Below, piece by piece: positions 1 through 10,043 of a stretch of 57,649 nucleotides of DNA (its first letter is position 1; every line of letters starts with the position of its first letter). This stretch comes from Patescibacteria group bacterium. Lineage in GTDB: Bacteria; Patescibacteriota; Microgenomatia; Levybacterales; GWA1-39-11. The translations under genes were made by a program, and so were the position numbers. A model generated the notes under the pieces. That model did no database searches. It was given only the letters and a program-made list of their open reading frames with translations, and was not told the DNA's origin. Where the stretch lies: assembly GCA_035549315.1 (NCBI GenBank), contig DASZRC010000038.1, forward strand, positions 1-57,649. The letters are read 5' to 3'.

Positions 1-2298
1 AGAAAAAAAATAAAACTTCTAACAAAAAAGGGAAATAGGTCAATAGGACGTAATTTTGCAATTAAAAATACAAAAGCAAATATAATAGCAATAACCGATG
101 CGGGTTGCATCCTAGACAAAAATTGGTTTAAAAATATTACCTCTCCGCTTAAGAAAATTAAGGTCGATGTAGTTGCCGGATACTATAAAGCCAAATCAAA
201 CAGTACATTCCAAAAGTCTTTGGTGCCATATGTATTGGTTATGCCGGATAGAGTAGATTCAAAAAAATTTTTACCTGCAACAAGATCTATGGCAATTAGA
301 AAAAGTGCTTGGCAACAAGTTGGGGGATTTGATGAAAGCCTTTCTAATAATGAAGATTATGCTTTTGCTAATAAAATACAAAAAGAGGGATTAAATATCG
401 AATTTACTAAAAATGCCGTTGTTTATTGGATTCCAAGAAACAACCTAAAACAAGCATTTGTTATGTTTTACCGTTTTGCAAAGGGAGACATGGAGGCAAA
501 TATTTTTAGGCCAAAAGTAGCTTTAATTATTGTTCGCTATATTATTGCAGCATTTTTGGTTTTATTTTTCTTTAATACTCAATCACTTTTTATTCTTTAC
601 TTATTGTTTATTATTTTCTTCCTCTATTTATATTGGGCTGTTGCTAAAAACTATAAATATGTAAGAGAGCCATTAGCAATTGTATATTTACCTATTTTGC
701 AGTTAACTTCTGACGCAGCAGTATTATTGGGAACTTTATTTATTTTCTGTGTTAAATATTTTGCTGGAGTATCTTTAATATCTTTTATTTATTTAATTTT
801 TAAAGGTATAAATTTACCATATGTTGGACAGAATGCATATAATTTTATTACCTATTCTTTAATTGCTCATAACTATAACCAATTTGGCTATTTACAGACT
901 AAGTTTGCCCCTTTGGTTTCTGTTTCAGCTGGTTATCCATTAATTCCGGAATACTTTATTCATCACCCGCCACTTCTATCTATTATTGAGTCTTTATTTT
1001 TGAAAATATTTGGAGAAGGGTTTTGGGTGGGAAGATTTATGTCCATTTTATTTACAGCAGCATTAATATTTGTCATTTACCTTATAGATAAAAATCTTTC
1101 AAATAAAAAACAGGCAAGTGTTACGTTAGCAGTTTTATGTCTATTGCCGGCAACAATTATTTTTGGAAAGATGGTTGGTCAAGAACCCCTAGTCTTATTT
1201 TTCACTCTCAGCTCTTTGTATTTCTCAATTAAATATGTAAAAGAAAATAAATCTAGGAATTTATATTTTGCTTTTATATCAATAATATTAGGGGTTTTAT
1301 CAGATTGGCCGGCAGTTTATTTTGCATTATTTCTTTTACCACTTTTTATAAGACATAAAAAAACTAAACACGGGTTATTATTATTGGGGACTTCATTAAT
1401 AACAGCCGGTATCTCTGTTGGTTGGATAGCATTCATTAGATCAGGCCTTTGGGATTTAAAAAATGCTGCAGGATCCAGGCTTTTTACGGCACTAAATTCT
1501 ATTCCCCTTTGGCCCATATTGTGGGTAGCTACAACAGTTTCCAGATTCTTAATTTACTTTAGTCCGGTATTTGTCTTTTTATCATTAGTATTTAGTTTTC
1601 GTTTTGTTAAACGATTTAAATTGTTAAGTGATAGGGATCTGGTTATTTTGATTTTAGGTTTCTTTGGTTTGTTTCATTTGATGCTTTATACAGAAGCATC
1701 TTTTACCCATCCCTACCTTATTATATATTTGGTCCCATTTATTGCTATGTCAGTGTCAACTATTTTGTTAGGAATTATAAATAACAAAAGTTATTTTGCT
1801 TTTTTTGCGATATTTTTATTTAGCATAATATATTTGTTTACCATCTGCTCAGTAAAGGAAGAACAAATTGTATCAAATGCCTGGCGATATCAATTGGCCG
1901 AGGCTATGTCGCCACAGCTATCTAAGTATGAGACCGTAATATATAACGTAAACTATGTAATAGATCCGGACATTTGGAGATATCCTTTATTAATTAACCC
2001 TAAGCTCCAAGATAAAAACAACAGTTCCTCATTTCTTTCCCACTACAATCATTATGTGTATTCTTGTTCGCCGAGTTGCGATATTTATGGAGGCCAAATA
2101 AATAGTCTAAAAAATAGATATCAATATGTGGACTATAAATCTGCCAATGGAGAAGCTTATTTATTTTATCTTAAGAAGAAACGGGACAATAATAAAAAAA
2201 ATAAAACATATTATGTGGAAACGAGCAAGATTAATGATGGGTTTTTTATAGGTTTTTATAGAAAAGTTAGGGATTTACTAAAAACTCCTCAAATATAA
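1..2298 (+). CDS. GT2 glycosyltransferase domain (5'-truncated by the window edge) fused to a polytopic ArnT/PMT-like (GT-C-like) membrane domain
   Basis: Frame 1 is open from nt 1 (RKKIKLLTKKGNRSIGRNFAIKNTKANIIAITDAGCILDKNWF...) and runs into the listed 220..2298 ORF. It has GT2 motifs (ITDAG, GGFDESLSNNEDYAF). The C-terminal ~500 aa are many hydrophobic helices with an HHPPL loop typical of GT39/PMT_2 proteins. Confidence 0.8.
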   Translation, partial: RKKIKLLTKKGNRSIGRNFAIKNTKANIIAITDAGCILDKNWFKNITSPLKKIKVDVVAGYYKAKSNSTFQKSLVPYVLVMPDRVDSKKFLPATRSMAIRKSAWQQVGGFDESLSNNEDYAFANKIQKEGLNIEFTKNAVVYWIPRNNLKQAFVMFYRFAKGDMEANIFRPKVALIIVRYIIAAFLVLFFFNTQSLFILYLLFIIFFLYLYWAVAKNYKYVREPLAIVYLPILQLTSDAAVLLGTLFIFCVKYFAGVSLISFIYLIFKGINLPYVGQNAYNFITYSLIAHNYNQFGYLQTKFAPLVSVSAGYPLIPEYFIHHPPLLSIIESLFLKIFGEGFWVGRFMSILFTAALIFVIYLIDKNLSNKKQASVTLAVLCLLPATIIFGKMVGQEPLVLFFTLSSLYFSIKYVKENKSRNLYFAFISIILGVLSDWPAVYFALFLLPLFIRHKKTKHGLLLLGTSLITAGISVGWIAFIRSGLWDLKNAAGSRLFTALNSIPLWPILWVATTVSRFLIYFSPVFVFLSLVFSFRFVKRFKLLSDRDLVILILGFFGLFHLMLYTEASFTHPYLIIYLVPFIAMSVSTILLGIINNKSYFAFFAIFLFSIIYLFTICSVKEEQIVSNAWRYQLAEAMSPQLSKYETVIYNVNYVIDPDIWRYPLLINPKLQDKNNSSSFLSHYNHYVYSCSPSCDIYGGQINSLKNRYQYVDYKSANGEAYLFYLKKKRDNNKKNKTYYVETSKINDGFFIGFYRKVRDLLKTPQI

Positions 2299-2549
2299 TG
2301 AAAAAAGATAGATCTTTATTATTTAAGTTGGGCATATTTATTAGTTTTGCTTTGATTGCAATGTTTCTGTCTTTTAGGTCAATCCGTGATAGTATTCCTC
2401 CTACGCCAATTTCTTCAAATGGCATAGTAGGGTATAGCCAATATTTTGGCTACCCATTATATTTTGACAGTTTTATATTTATTGGATTCATATTATTACC
2501 ACTTATTTTTTTTATATTTGCCAATTTTTTTAGGAATAAGAAAAAATGA
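2298..2549 (+). CDS. small membrane protein (2-3 TM helices), unknown function
   Basis: 83-aa ORF. Its ATG overlaps the upstream stop (TAATG) and its stop overlaps the next start (ATGA). Hydrophobic composition. Confidence 0.5.
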   Translation: MKKDRSLLFKLGIFISFALIAMFLSFRSIRDSIPPTPISSNGIVGYSQYFGYPLYFDSFIFIGFILLPLIFFIFANFFRNKKK

Positions 2550-4435
2550 AAAAAGAATATATAATTTTATTCATTATCTTAAGTCTTATATCCCTACCTA
2601 ATTTAAGCAATCTATGCAGGGGATATTACCCTTTATTATTTGATAATCAAATATTGTTGTCCTGGCAGTATTGGGTCAATCAAAATCTATTGCCTTATAG
2701 GGATATATATTACCAATACGGTATTCTGTTTTTTTATAAGGGACATAATATCTTTTTTTCTACTGTCTATTACTTTATAACTCCGTTTTTGTTGGTTTAT
2801 TTTTACTCTCTTAGTAAAAAGATTTCTAAAAATAGTGCATATTCAATTAGTTTTATATTTTTATTGTACTTATTTGTTAATCATATAGTGGGATATGAAA
2901 TATTTACACGTTACGGTTCGTTTCTTGGTCTTGCATGTATATTGGGCGAAATTCTATATGGGTATAAAAAAGAATTTCCATATACAAAACTTTTAAGTCT
3001 TGCGCTAATTAATGGTTTGGTTTTTTCTCTACTAAATGATGCCGGTATTTATGCCTTGGCATTGTCAATTCTATTTTTATTTATAGATAACTTAATTAGA
3101 AAATTGTCTTTTGTTAAATTTTTTCAAAAGAGCTGTGTTTATCTAGCTGGTTTTATAACAGGATTCACTCCATATTTAGTTTACTTATATATAAATAAAT
3201 CTTTGGGAAGTTTTGTTTCTTCATTTTTTGAACTTTCGGAGTTGCAGCAGTTGGCAAAGACGCCCTTTTTCCATGGTTTTATAAACTTAGATAATTTATT
3301 TACAGTTTTGATTTTATTCCTATCACTTACTTGGGTTTGTTTTAAGTTTTACCAAAAAAATAGACTATCTCTTGCTACTTATATCCAGGTTGGCCTAATA
3401 ATTTCATTAGTAATTTTGGAACAAAAGAGTATATGGAGGCATATAGATGGACAGCTAACATTTGGGGCTTTTATATTGGGTTCTATGCTTTTAGTTGAAA
3501 TGAAAGACTTCTTTAAAAGTTTCAGATATATTGCACTGCTAGTTTATATATTTGTTTCCTTATTTATATTATTTGTTTTGCCATTTAAAAAATTTGTATT
3601 TAATCAAGGTTCTTATACATGTAGTAACCGATTTGAGATTCAAGATAGAAATTACTTGGATGTGAAAAAAGCCTTGGATAAAACTAAGAATTTTAATGGA
3701 AAGATATTTAGCTATCCAGGGGATACGATTTTTTATATTATTTTTAGGCAAAAACCACCATACTATCCCACAAGCTTTGAAGCCGGTTCAAAAAAAGCTC
3801 AAGCAATGTTAATAGATTATATAGAAGGTGAAAAAATAGATTACGTAGTATATAACTACAAAAACACAGCTATTCAGGATGGGGTCCCCAACTATCTTAG
3901 ATCCTCTTATCTAAGTAGATACATAATTGATAATTTTAGGCCCTACAAAGTTGTGGGTAATTTTCTAATTCTTCATAAACAAAAAAATAATGATTTCTTT
4001 AATTCTCCAATAATAAGTAAGTTGCCTGAGTTTAAAAATTATCTTTTAACCGTTGACCTAGAAAATATTCCACGTTCGGAAGGGTATAATAAGGCGTCTT
4101 ATTTAGATCGAGATCATAGAATATTTGGTGGGCCAATTTCATATATTAACGATAAGCTTAATAGTGAGAAAATAAGCTCCAAGGACTTAATTATAGAGGT
4201 TAGTTTCAAAAATACGAGCTCAGGTTTAGAAAAAGTTGAGTTTATCGCTAATAGCGGAGAAACGGTTAATCTAATGTTTAAAAAATGTCCCGCATCTTAT
4301 TCGTGTATTATAGACCTTAATAACTTGCCATATTTTTACAATAGCAGGATTATTCAAAATATATCTCTAAGCGATCCACAAAATATTAAGAGTATCAATT
4401 TTTATAGCTACCCTTACAATTCGCCATTTTTCTAA
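2546..4435 (+). CDS. polytopic membrane protein, putative GT-C-like glycosyltransferase with an extracytoplasmic C-terminal domain
   Basis: 629 aa, N-terminal ~350 aa multi-TM. The first-loop motif LPYRDIYYQYG resembles IPYRDFFMTTTPG in the 10043..11674 protein. Soluble C-terminal ~250 aa. Confidence 0.6.
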   Translation: MKKEYIILFIILSLISLPNLSNLCRGYYPLLFDNQILLSWQYWVNQNLLPYRDIYYQYGILFFYKGHNIFFSTVYYFITPFLLVYFYSLSKKISKNSAYSISFIFLLYLFVNHIVGYEIFTRYGSFLGLACILGEILYGYKKEFPYTKLLSLALINGLVFSLLNDAGIYALALSILFLFIDNLIRKLSFVKFFQKSCVYLAGFITGFTPYLVYLYINKSLGSFVSSFFELSELQQLAKTPFFHGFINLDNLFTVLILFLSLTWVCFKFYQKNRLSLATYIQVGLIISLVILEQKSIWRHIDGQLTFGAFILGSMLLVEMKDFFKSFRYIALLVYIFVSLFILFVLPFKKFVFNQGSYTCSNRFEIQDRNYLDVKKALDKTKNFNGKIFSYPGDTIFYIIFRQKPPYYPTSFEAGSKKAQAMLIDYIEGEKIDYVVYNYKNTAIQDGVPNYLRSSYLSRYIIDNFRPYKVVGNFLILHKQKNNDFFNSPIISKLPEFKNYLLTVDLENIPRSEGYNKASYLDRDHRIFGGPISYINDKLNSEKISSKDLIIEVSFKNTSSGLEKVEFIANSGETVNLMFKKCPASYSCIIDLNNLPYFYNSRIIQNISLSDPQNIKSINFYSYPYNSPFF

Positions 4436-4454
4436 AATGGTTTACAATTAACAT

Positions 4455-5687
4455 ATGGGTTATTTAAGTCATACAATCAAGGGTATAAGTTGGTCCGGGG
4501 CCTTAAGGGTTGCTATTCGAGCTATTTCCGTACTAAGAGTAGTGATTTTGGCAAATCTGCTTAGCCCAAATCAGTTTGGGCTGTTTGGAATTGCAACAAT
4601 TACACAAGCTTTGCTCGAGGTGTTCCTAGAGACGGGTGTTAATGTTTTCTTAATTCAGGAAAAGTCAGATATTAAGAAGTATATTGATTCGGCATGGGTT
4701 GTTTCAATTGTTCGTGGGTTCTTAATGTTTGGAATTTTGGTTTTGGCCACACCATTTATTGCCGGGTTTTTTAAAAACAATGCAGCGATCGGCGTGTTGT
4801 TGTTAATATCCGTTGTTCCGCTTCTCAGAGGCTTCATCAATCCTTCAATCGTTTATTTTCAGAAGGATATAAAGTTTCATAAGGAGTTTGCTTATAGAGT
4901 TGCTCTTTTTGCGGTAGATACTATCTTTACCATTATTTTGGCGTTTCTAACTCACTCTGTTTATAGTATGGTAATTGGTGTAATAGTTTCTGTAATTTTT
5001 GAAATATATATATCGTTTAGATTTGCCAGTCCTAAACCAAAACTTTCATTTAATCCGGATTACATGAAGCTAATTTTCCACAGAGGAAAGTGGGTCACTT
5101 TATTTGGAATATTCAGCTACGTTGCCCAGGAGGGAGATACAATTGCTGTGGGAAGACTTATGAACACAACAGCTTTAGGACAGTACAATATGGCATATAC
5201 CGTTGGTACGCTGCCAATAGAAGCTTCCGATGTAGTAAACCAAGTAGTTTTCCCGGTATATACCAAAATAGCTCACGATAAAGTTAGGTTATTCAACGCC
5301 TTTATGAAAACGACTCTGTTGTTAACTTTTGGAACGGGTTTTATTTCTCTAATAATATTCTTGTTTGCATACCCAATAGTTCAAATTTTAGGCACTCAAT
5401 GGCTACCAATAATACCCGCACTTAAATTAATAGCAATATACGGGGTCTTACGTGCAATATTTGGTTCAGCGTCTGCTTTGTTCCTTGCGGTAGAAAAACA
5501 AAGTTATGTTTCCCTTATGACTTTCTTCAGGGTTTTAGGACTTATTTTGACAATTGTTCCGTTAGTTACAATGTATGGCTTAGTTGGGGCAGCCTATTCT
5601 GTAATTTTTTCAGTAATTATAGAAATTCCAATAATATTATTCTTGATTTCAAAAGTTTTCACCGGTAAAAGTTATACTACCAAATAG
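4455..5687 (+). CDS. oligo/polysaccharide flippase (Wzx/MOP superfamily)
   Basis: 410 aa, ~12 TM. The N-terminus (IKGISWSGALRVAIRAISVLRVVILANLLSPNQFGLFGIA) is typical of polysaccharide biosynthesis/flippase proteins. Confidence 0.7.
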   Translation: MGYLSHTIKGISWSGALRVAIRAISVLRVVILANLLSPNQFGLFGIATITQALLEVFLETGVNVFLIQEKSDIKKYIDSAWVVSIVRGFLMFGILVLATPFIAGFFKNNAAIGVLLLISVVPLLRGFINPSIVYFQKDIKFHKEFAYRVALFAVDTIFTIILAFLTHSVYSMVIGVIVSVIFEIYISFRFASPKPKLSFNPDYMKLIFHRGKWVTLFGIFSYVAQEGDTIAVGRLMNTTALGQYNMAYTVGTLPIEASDVVNQVVFPVYTKIAHDKVRLFNAFMKTTLLLTFGTGFISLIIFLFAYPIVQILGTQWLPIIPALKLIAIYGVLRAIFGSASALFLAVEKQSYVSLMTFFRVLGLILTIVPLVTMYGLVGAAYSVIFSVIIEIPIILFLISKVFTGKSYTTK

Positions 5688-7137
5688 GTACCCAGAATTC
5701 TTCCATTATAATAACCTGAATAAATATAAGCGAAAAAAGTATTATAAATTGAAGTTTATTGAATCTTAATTCATTGGTAATAAAATTTCCAACAAGAATT
5801 ACAGGGAGAAACATAAATGGTAGCCATATTCTCCCCACTTCTCCTCGGCTAGATCCGGAAACTATCAGCGCAATAAAAACTAACCAAAAAACATATAAAA
5901 ATCTTTTATTTAAGTCTTTCAAATCAAATTTTTGTTTTAAATAATAGATAGTTTTGTAAATAAAAATCAATGAAATGGGAAAGCCCATGTATACAAAAAA
6001 GTCGTAAGGATTAAATATTAGCCATGGTAGGTAGTCACGGCTTGCTTGATTATGTACCACAGCAATTATTGATTGAATTAAATCAAAACCTATTAGTTTT
6101 AACCCTAGAAACGATATTAATACTCCAACAATATAATAAAGGCATATACCAAGTACATTTTTATTATTTTCAATAAAATAAGAAATAACACCAAATACTA
6201 TAGCGCCAATTAAAACTGTTAAGATAGCAGCTGTAAAAAATAAAGAAAAAGCAGTAAAGCATCCGGCCCAAAATAAATACATGTTATTTTTACTATCAAT
6301 CCCTATATATATAAGTAAGACAAGCACGATGGCAAGTATTGCGTAAAAAGGGTCAAATATTAGGGCAAAGAATGAAAGACTTGGGGTTATAGAATAAATG
6401 ATTGTAATTTTAAGTGAATTCTTGGAATCCTTAATTATTTTTTTTGCTAGAAAATAAAAGGGAACAATTGTAAATGCAGATACAAGGTGTAGTAAGAAGG
6501 GCAAGCTTATTGCTGCGAGTCTCTGATTAAATGTCAATTGCGTCCAGAGATTTTTTGCCCAACCAACTTGCAAGTTGTTAATGTAGTGGAGTGCATTTGT
6601 GGGAAGTATAGATAATAACCCAATATAGGCTTTTATGAGTAATACGGCCCCCGGTGTATGACCGCTTGAATGTTGGGCTAGATGTCTTGCATTAATAATT
6701 TCAGGATATGAATTAAGAAATGAGCCTATATCATTAATTTTAATTGCCGTTGTAAAATATCCATTAATGCCTGGGTCAACCAGCCTTCTAAATAAGACTC
6801 CAATTCCAAATCTACTAAAATAAACCAAAGCTATTTGGAAAACAAAAGTTAATAGTCCTAGCAAAAATAATAAATACCATTCTTTTCTTTCAATATTGTT
6901 ACTTTTGTAAATATAATTGAATATTGCTAAGTAACCAATAAATATTGGAATAAAAATCCAAGCTTTACTTATTGTATTAACAAAATAGTATGGCCATTGA
7001 GAAGCAAGGCTCGAATCTATTGGTCCACGAAAATAAGGTGACAGATTTATAGCTAGACACAAGAAATAAAAAAGACTTATAAATACTGTTGTAATAACAA
7101 GCTTATTAGATTGAGAATTTTTATAAAATGAAATCAT
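5677..7137 (-). CDS. polytopic membrane protein (putative GT-C-like transferase or polymerase)
   Basis: 486 aa, >10 predicted TM helices. It is the only minus-strand gene in the glycosylation island. Function is inferred from context only. Confidence 0.5.
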   Translation of the reverse strand: MISFYKNSQSNKLVITTVFISLFYFLCLAINLSPYFRGPIDSSLASQWPYYFVNTISKAWIFIPIFIGYLAIFNYIYKSNNIERKEWYLLFLLGLLTFVFQIALVYFSRFGIGVLFRRLVDPGINGYFTTAIKINDIGSFLNSYPEIINARHLAQHSSGHTPGAVLLIKAYIGLLSILPTNALHYINNLQVGWAKNLWTQLTFNQRLAAISLPFLLHLVSAFTIVPFYFLAKKIIKDSKNSLKITIIYSITPSLSFFALIFDPFYAILAIVLVLLIYIGIDSKNNMYLFWAGCFTAFSLFFTAAILTVLIGAIVFGVISYFIENNKNVLGICLYYIVGVLISFLGLKLIGFDLIQSIIAVVHNQASRDYLPWLIFNPYDFFVYMGFPISLIFIYKTIYYLKQKFDLKDLNKRFLYVFWLVFIALIVSGSSRGEVGRIWLPFMFLPVILVGNFITNELRFNKLQFIILFSLIFIQVIIMEEFWVPIW

Positions 7138-7167
7138 GGTAAAAGTTTGGTATCATTGTAGCGAATA

Positions 7168-8901
7168 ATGCCTGTAAAAAAAATCACTAAAACCAAAAAG
7201 AAAAAAAACAAGCAAAGTTTATTTCTTCAACTTATTAATAGGATTAAGAATATAAAATCACAAGAGATATTGGAGTTTATTTTGGCCAACAAAATATTAA
7301 TACTTGTAGTTGGTCTATATGTTTTGTTAATGACTTCAACAATTAGATGGGGTTTACCCAATAATAGCCACCCATTTCCATACTTCATGGATGAATCACA
7401 TCAGGTTCAGGCTGTTAGGACTGTTTTTAAATATGGGACTTCAAACTATCCGCATCAAGAAAATGGACCAATGTTTCACTATATCATCTCCGGTTTTTTG
7501 ATAGCGCCTTTTTATGTAGTTGGCTTAATTAACCCATTTGCTATAAAGTCTGCTATAGCATCTCCTGACCTACAGCAGGCAATATATGTCGCATTTAGAG
7601 GAACCATTATCCTTTTTGGAGCATTATCTATTATTTTAGTTTGGATTCTAGCCAAAATTTTAAAAATTAACGAAAAACTCTCTATACTTTTATTCTCATT
7701 AACTCCAGTGTTTTTAATTGTCAGTGGTTACTTTAAATATGATGTCCCATTTATGTTTTGGACCTTATTGTCAATCGTGCTACTTTTAAAATACAGTAAA
7801 AATCAAAACTCTTTAACTTATTTAATAGCGGGTATCACATCAGCTATGGCATTGTCTACAAAAATTACAGGTATTCCGCTTTTTGTAATTTATATATTTT
7901 CTTTCTTTTATTTCACTCATGACTTTTTTAAAAAAATTTGGACTTTGGTAAAGGGAATTTTGGTATATGCTTTGGTATTTATATTCCTTGGTATACCGGA
8001 CATTATATTTGAAGGAAGGAGTATGAGTGAATATTTATACTACAACATAATTCTGAACCCACAAAATGATAAAACATTATTGTTCGGAGTTTCTCATTTG
8101 GAATATACTTTTGCACAATTAATTCCAACTATCTACGGACACTTTCTGGCAGGCATTGTTTATGTTTCAGTAATTTATTTAGTAATAAAAGTCATTAAAT
8201 ATATTTTAAATAAAAAATTTAATAACATTAAAGAAGAAGCTTATATATTATTAGTGTTGGCAATATTTTCTGTTAGCTTGATCCCGTTATGGGTAATTGC
8301 TGCAAATAGGGCATTAATATTACTCCCTTTTTTAATATGTGTATGCCTAATCTTTATAAGAGATTTGTGCAATAACCTGATTCCTGATTTTAAAAAATTA
8401 CTTGTTGTAGTTATTGTATTTGGAATGATAATGCAGGTTTTTGAAACTTATTCATGGGTCGGTTTAAAATATATCGAAGCTCCGCAAGTCACTGCGTCCA
8501 AATGGCTTGTTCAGAATGTCCCACACGGAGAAACCTTGGGAATAGAAAATATCCCAGTATATGAAATGTTGCCGGATCTGGTTGTAAAAGAGTTTTATGA
8601 AAAGCAATATAACATTCAAAAAAAATATAATTTTAATTATGAAATAATAGGTCCGGATTCAAAGAAACTTCCTAGAGTTATAGTTCTTTCTAATGCAGAA
8701 TTTGAAGATAAATATAGAAGTACATCTCCTAAGAAAGAGTTATTTGAAAATATGAAAAAACAAAACTACAAACTTGTGGCAAGTTTTTCCCCTCCACTTG
8801 ATTATCATAAACTGTTCACAACGGACATAAATTTTGTCATGGTGGGGATGAGCGGAGAACCACTTAATATATCAGTGTATGTTAAATCAAAAAAGTATTA
8901 A
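7168..8901 (+). CDS. ArnT/PMT-like (GT39-like) membrane glycosyltransferase
   Basis: 577 aa, basic N-terminus then multi-TM. The first-loop acidic motif (FMDESHQ) resembles the DE motif of GT-C enzymes. Soluble C-terminal domain. Confidence 0.6.
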   Translation: MPVKKITKTKKKKNKQSLFLQLINRIKNIKSQEILEFILANKILILVVGLYVLLMTSTIRWGLPNNSHPFPYFMDESHQVQAVRTVFKYGTSNYPHQENGPMFHYIISGFLIAPFYVVGLINPFAIKSAIASPDLQQAIYVAFRGTIILFGALSIILVWILAKILKINEKLSILLFSLTPVFLIVSGYFKYDVPFMFWTLLSIVLLLKYSKNQNSLTYLIAGITSAMALSTKITGIPLFVIYIFSFFYFTHDFFKKIWTLVKGILVYALVFIFLGIPDIIFEGRSMSEYLYYNIILNPQNDKTLLFGVSHLEYTFAQLIPTIYGHFLAGIVYVSVIYLVIKVIKYILNKKFNNIKEEAYILLVLAIFSVSLIPLWVIAANRALILLPFLICVCLIFIRDLCNNLIPDFKKLLVVVIVFGMIMQVFETYSWVGLKYIEAPQVTASKWLVQNVPHGETLGIENIPVYEMLPDLVVKEFYEKQYNIQKKYNFNYEIIGPDSKKLPRVIVLSNAEFEDKYRSTSPKKELFENMKKQNYKLVASFSPPLDYHKLFTTDINFVMVGMSGEPLNISVYVKSKKY

Positions 8902-8906
8902 TAATT

Positions 8907-8935
8907 CTGACAAGTAGGCATTAAATTGATATAAT
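8907..8935 (+). promoter_or_regulatory. sigma70-like promoter of the GT4 gene (near-leaderless)
   Basis: CTGACA (8907-8912), 17-nt spacer, TATAAT (8930-8935). ATG lies at 8946, only 10 nt after the -10, and there is no Shine-Dalgarno. Confidence 0.5.
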
Positions 8936-8945
8936 TGCACCACTT

Positions 8946-10043
8946 ATGAAGATAGCTTTTTTTCATGAACTGCCGCAGGGAGGAGCAAGGATCGCTGTTA
9001 ATGAAATTGCTGAAAAATTGAAGAAAAAACATCAGGTAGACCTCTATTTGGTAGATAGTGCCGGGCCATCAAAATCGGAAAGACGTAGTTTTAACAAAAT
9101 TTATTTTAGCAAGTTTATAGATAAAGAGTGGACGGGTAAAGATTGGAGTAGTAGGTTTTATAAAGATACTGTTGAAAGGATCAAGTTATATAAGCTACAT
9201 AAAAGAATCGCACAAAAAATTGATAAGAGAAACTACGATTTTGTTTTTGTAAACGCTTCAAAGTATATTGAGTCGCCTTTTATTTTGAGATTTGTAAAAA
9301 CATACACGGTATTTTATATGCATGATCCACATTTTAGAATTATATATGAACCAATTCTTGATATACCGCAAAACCTAGATTCCCCCAGATATGTATATGA
9401 AAAAATAAATAGGGCAATATTAAAATTACTGGATAAGCAAAATATTTCCAATGCTAACTTATTAATTGCAAACTCTGAATATACTAAAAAGACGGCCCTT
9501 AAGAGTTATGGTAAAAAAAGTGTTACAGGATATTTGGGTGTTGACACTAATTTTTTTAAACCTGCATTTAAAAAAAGGACAATAGATTTATTATATATTG
9601 GTTCAAGAGATGTTCTAGATGGATTTAGATTGCTTAGTGATGCTTTGGATTTAGTTAAATCGCCAATAAGGCTAAAGACTATATTTAAAGAAGACGAATG
9701 GGTAGATAGAGATCATATTAGGGATTTATACAGAAGATCAAAAATGGTAGTTTGTTTTGGAATAAATGAGCCTTTTGGTTTAATTGCAATAGAAGCGATG
9801 GCAAGTGGTGTTCCGGTAATTGCTCTTGACGAAGGGGGTTATAGGGAAACAATCTTAAATAATAAAACCGGATATCTGGTTCCAAGAAATGCGCAAGTAA
9901 TTGCACATAAGATTGATTATCTCCTAAAACATAGTGATAGGGTAGCAAAACTCGGAAGAAAGGGTAGGGAGGTTGCTTTAGATAGATGGTCTTGGAAAAG
10001 GCGAATAAAGGAATTGGAAAAAATATTTTCTACAATTAAATAA
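8946..10043 (+). CDS. GT4-family (GT-B fold) glycosyltransferase
   Basis: 365 aa. C-terminal EX7E-type region (NEPFGLIAIEAMASGVPVIALDEGGYRETI) is typical of GT4/GT1 enzymes. Confidence 0.85.
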   Translation: MKIAFFHELPQGGARIAVNEIAEKLKKKHQVDLYLVDSAGPSKSERRSFNKIYFSKFIDKEWTGKDWSSRFYKDTVERIKLYKLHKRIAQKIDKRNYDFVFVNASKYIESPFILRFVKTYTVFYMHDPHFRIIYEPILDIPQNLDSPRYVYEKINRAILKLLDKQNISNANLLIANSEYTKKTALKSYGKKSVTGYLGVDTNFFKPAFKKRTIDLLYIGSRDVLDGFRLLSDALDLVKSPIRLKTIFKEDEWVDRDHIRDLYRRSKMVVCFGINEPFGLIAIEAMASGVPVIALDEGGYRETILNNKTGYLVPRNAQVIAHKIDYLLKHSDRVAKLGRKGREVALDRWSWKRRIKELEKIFSTIK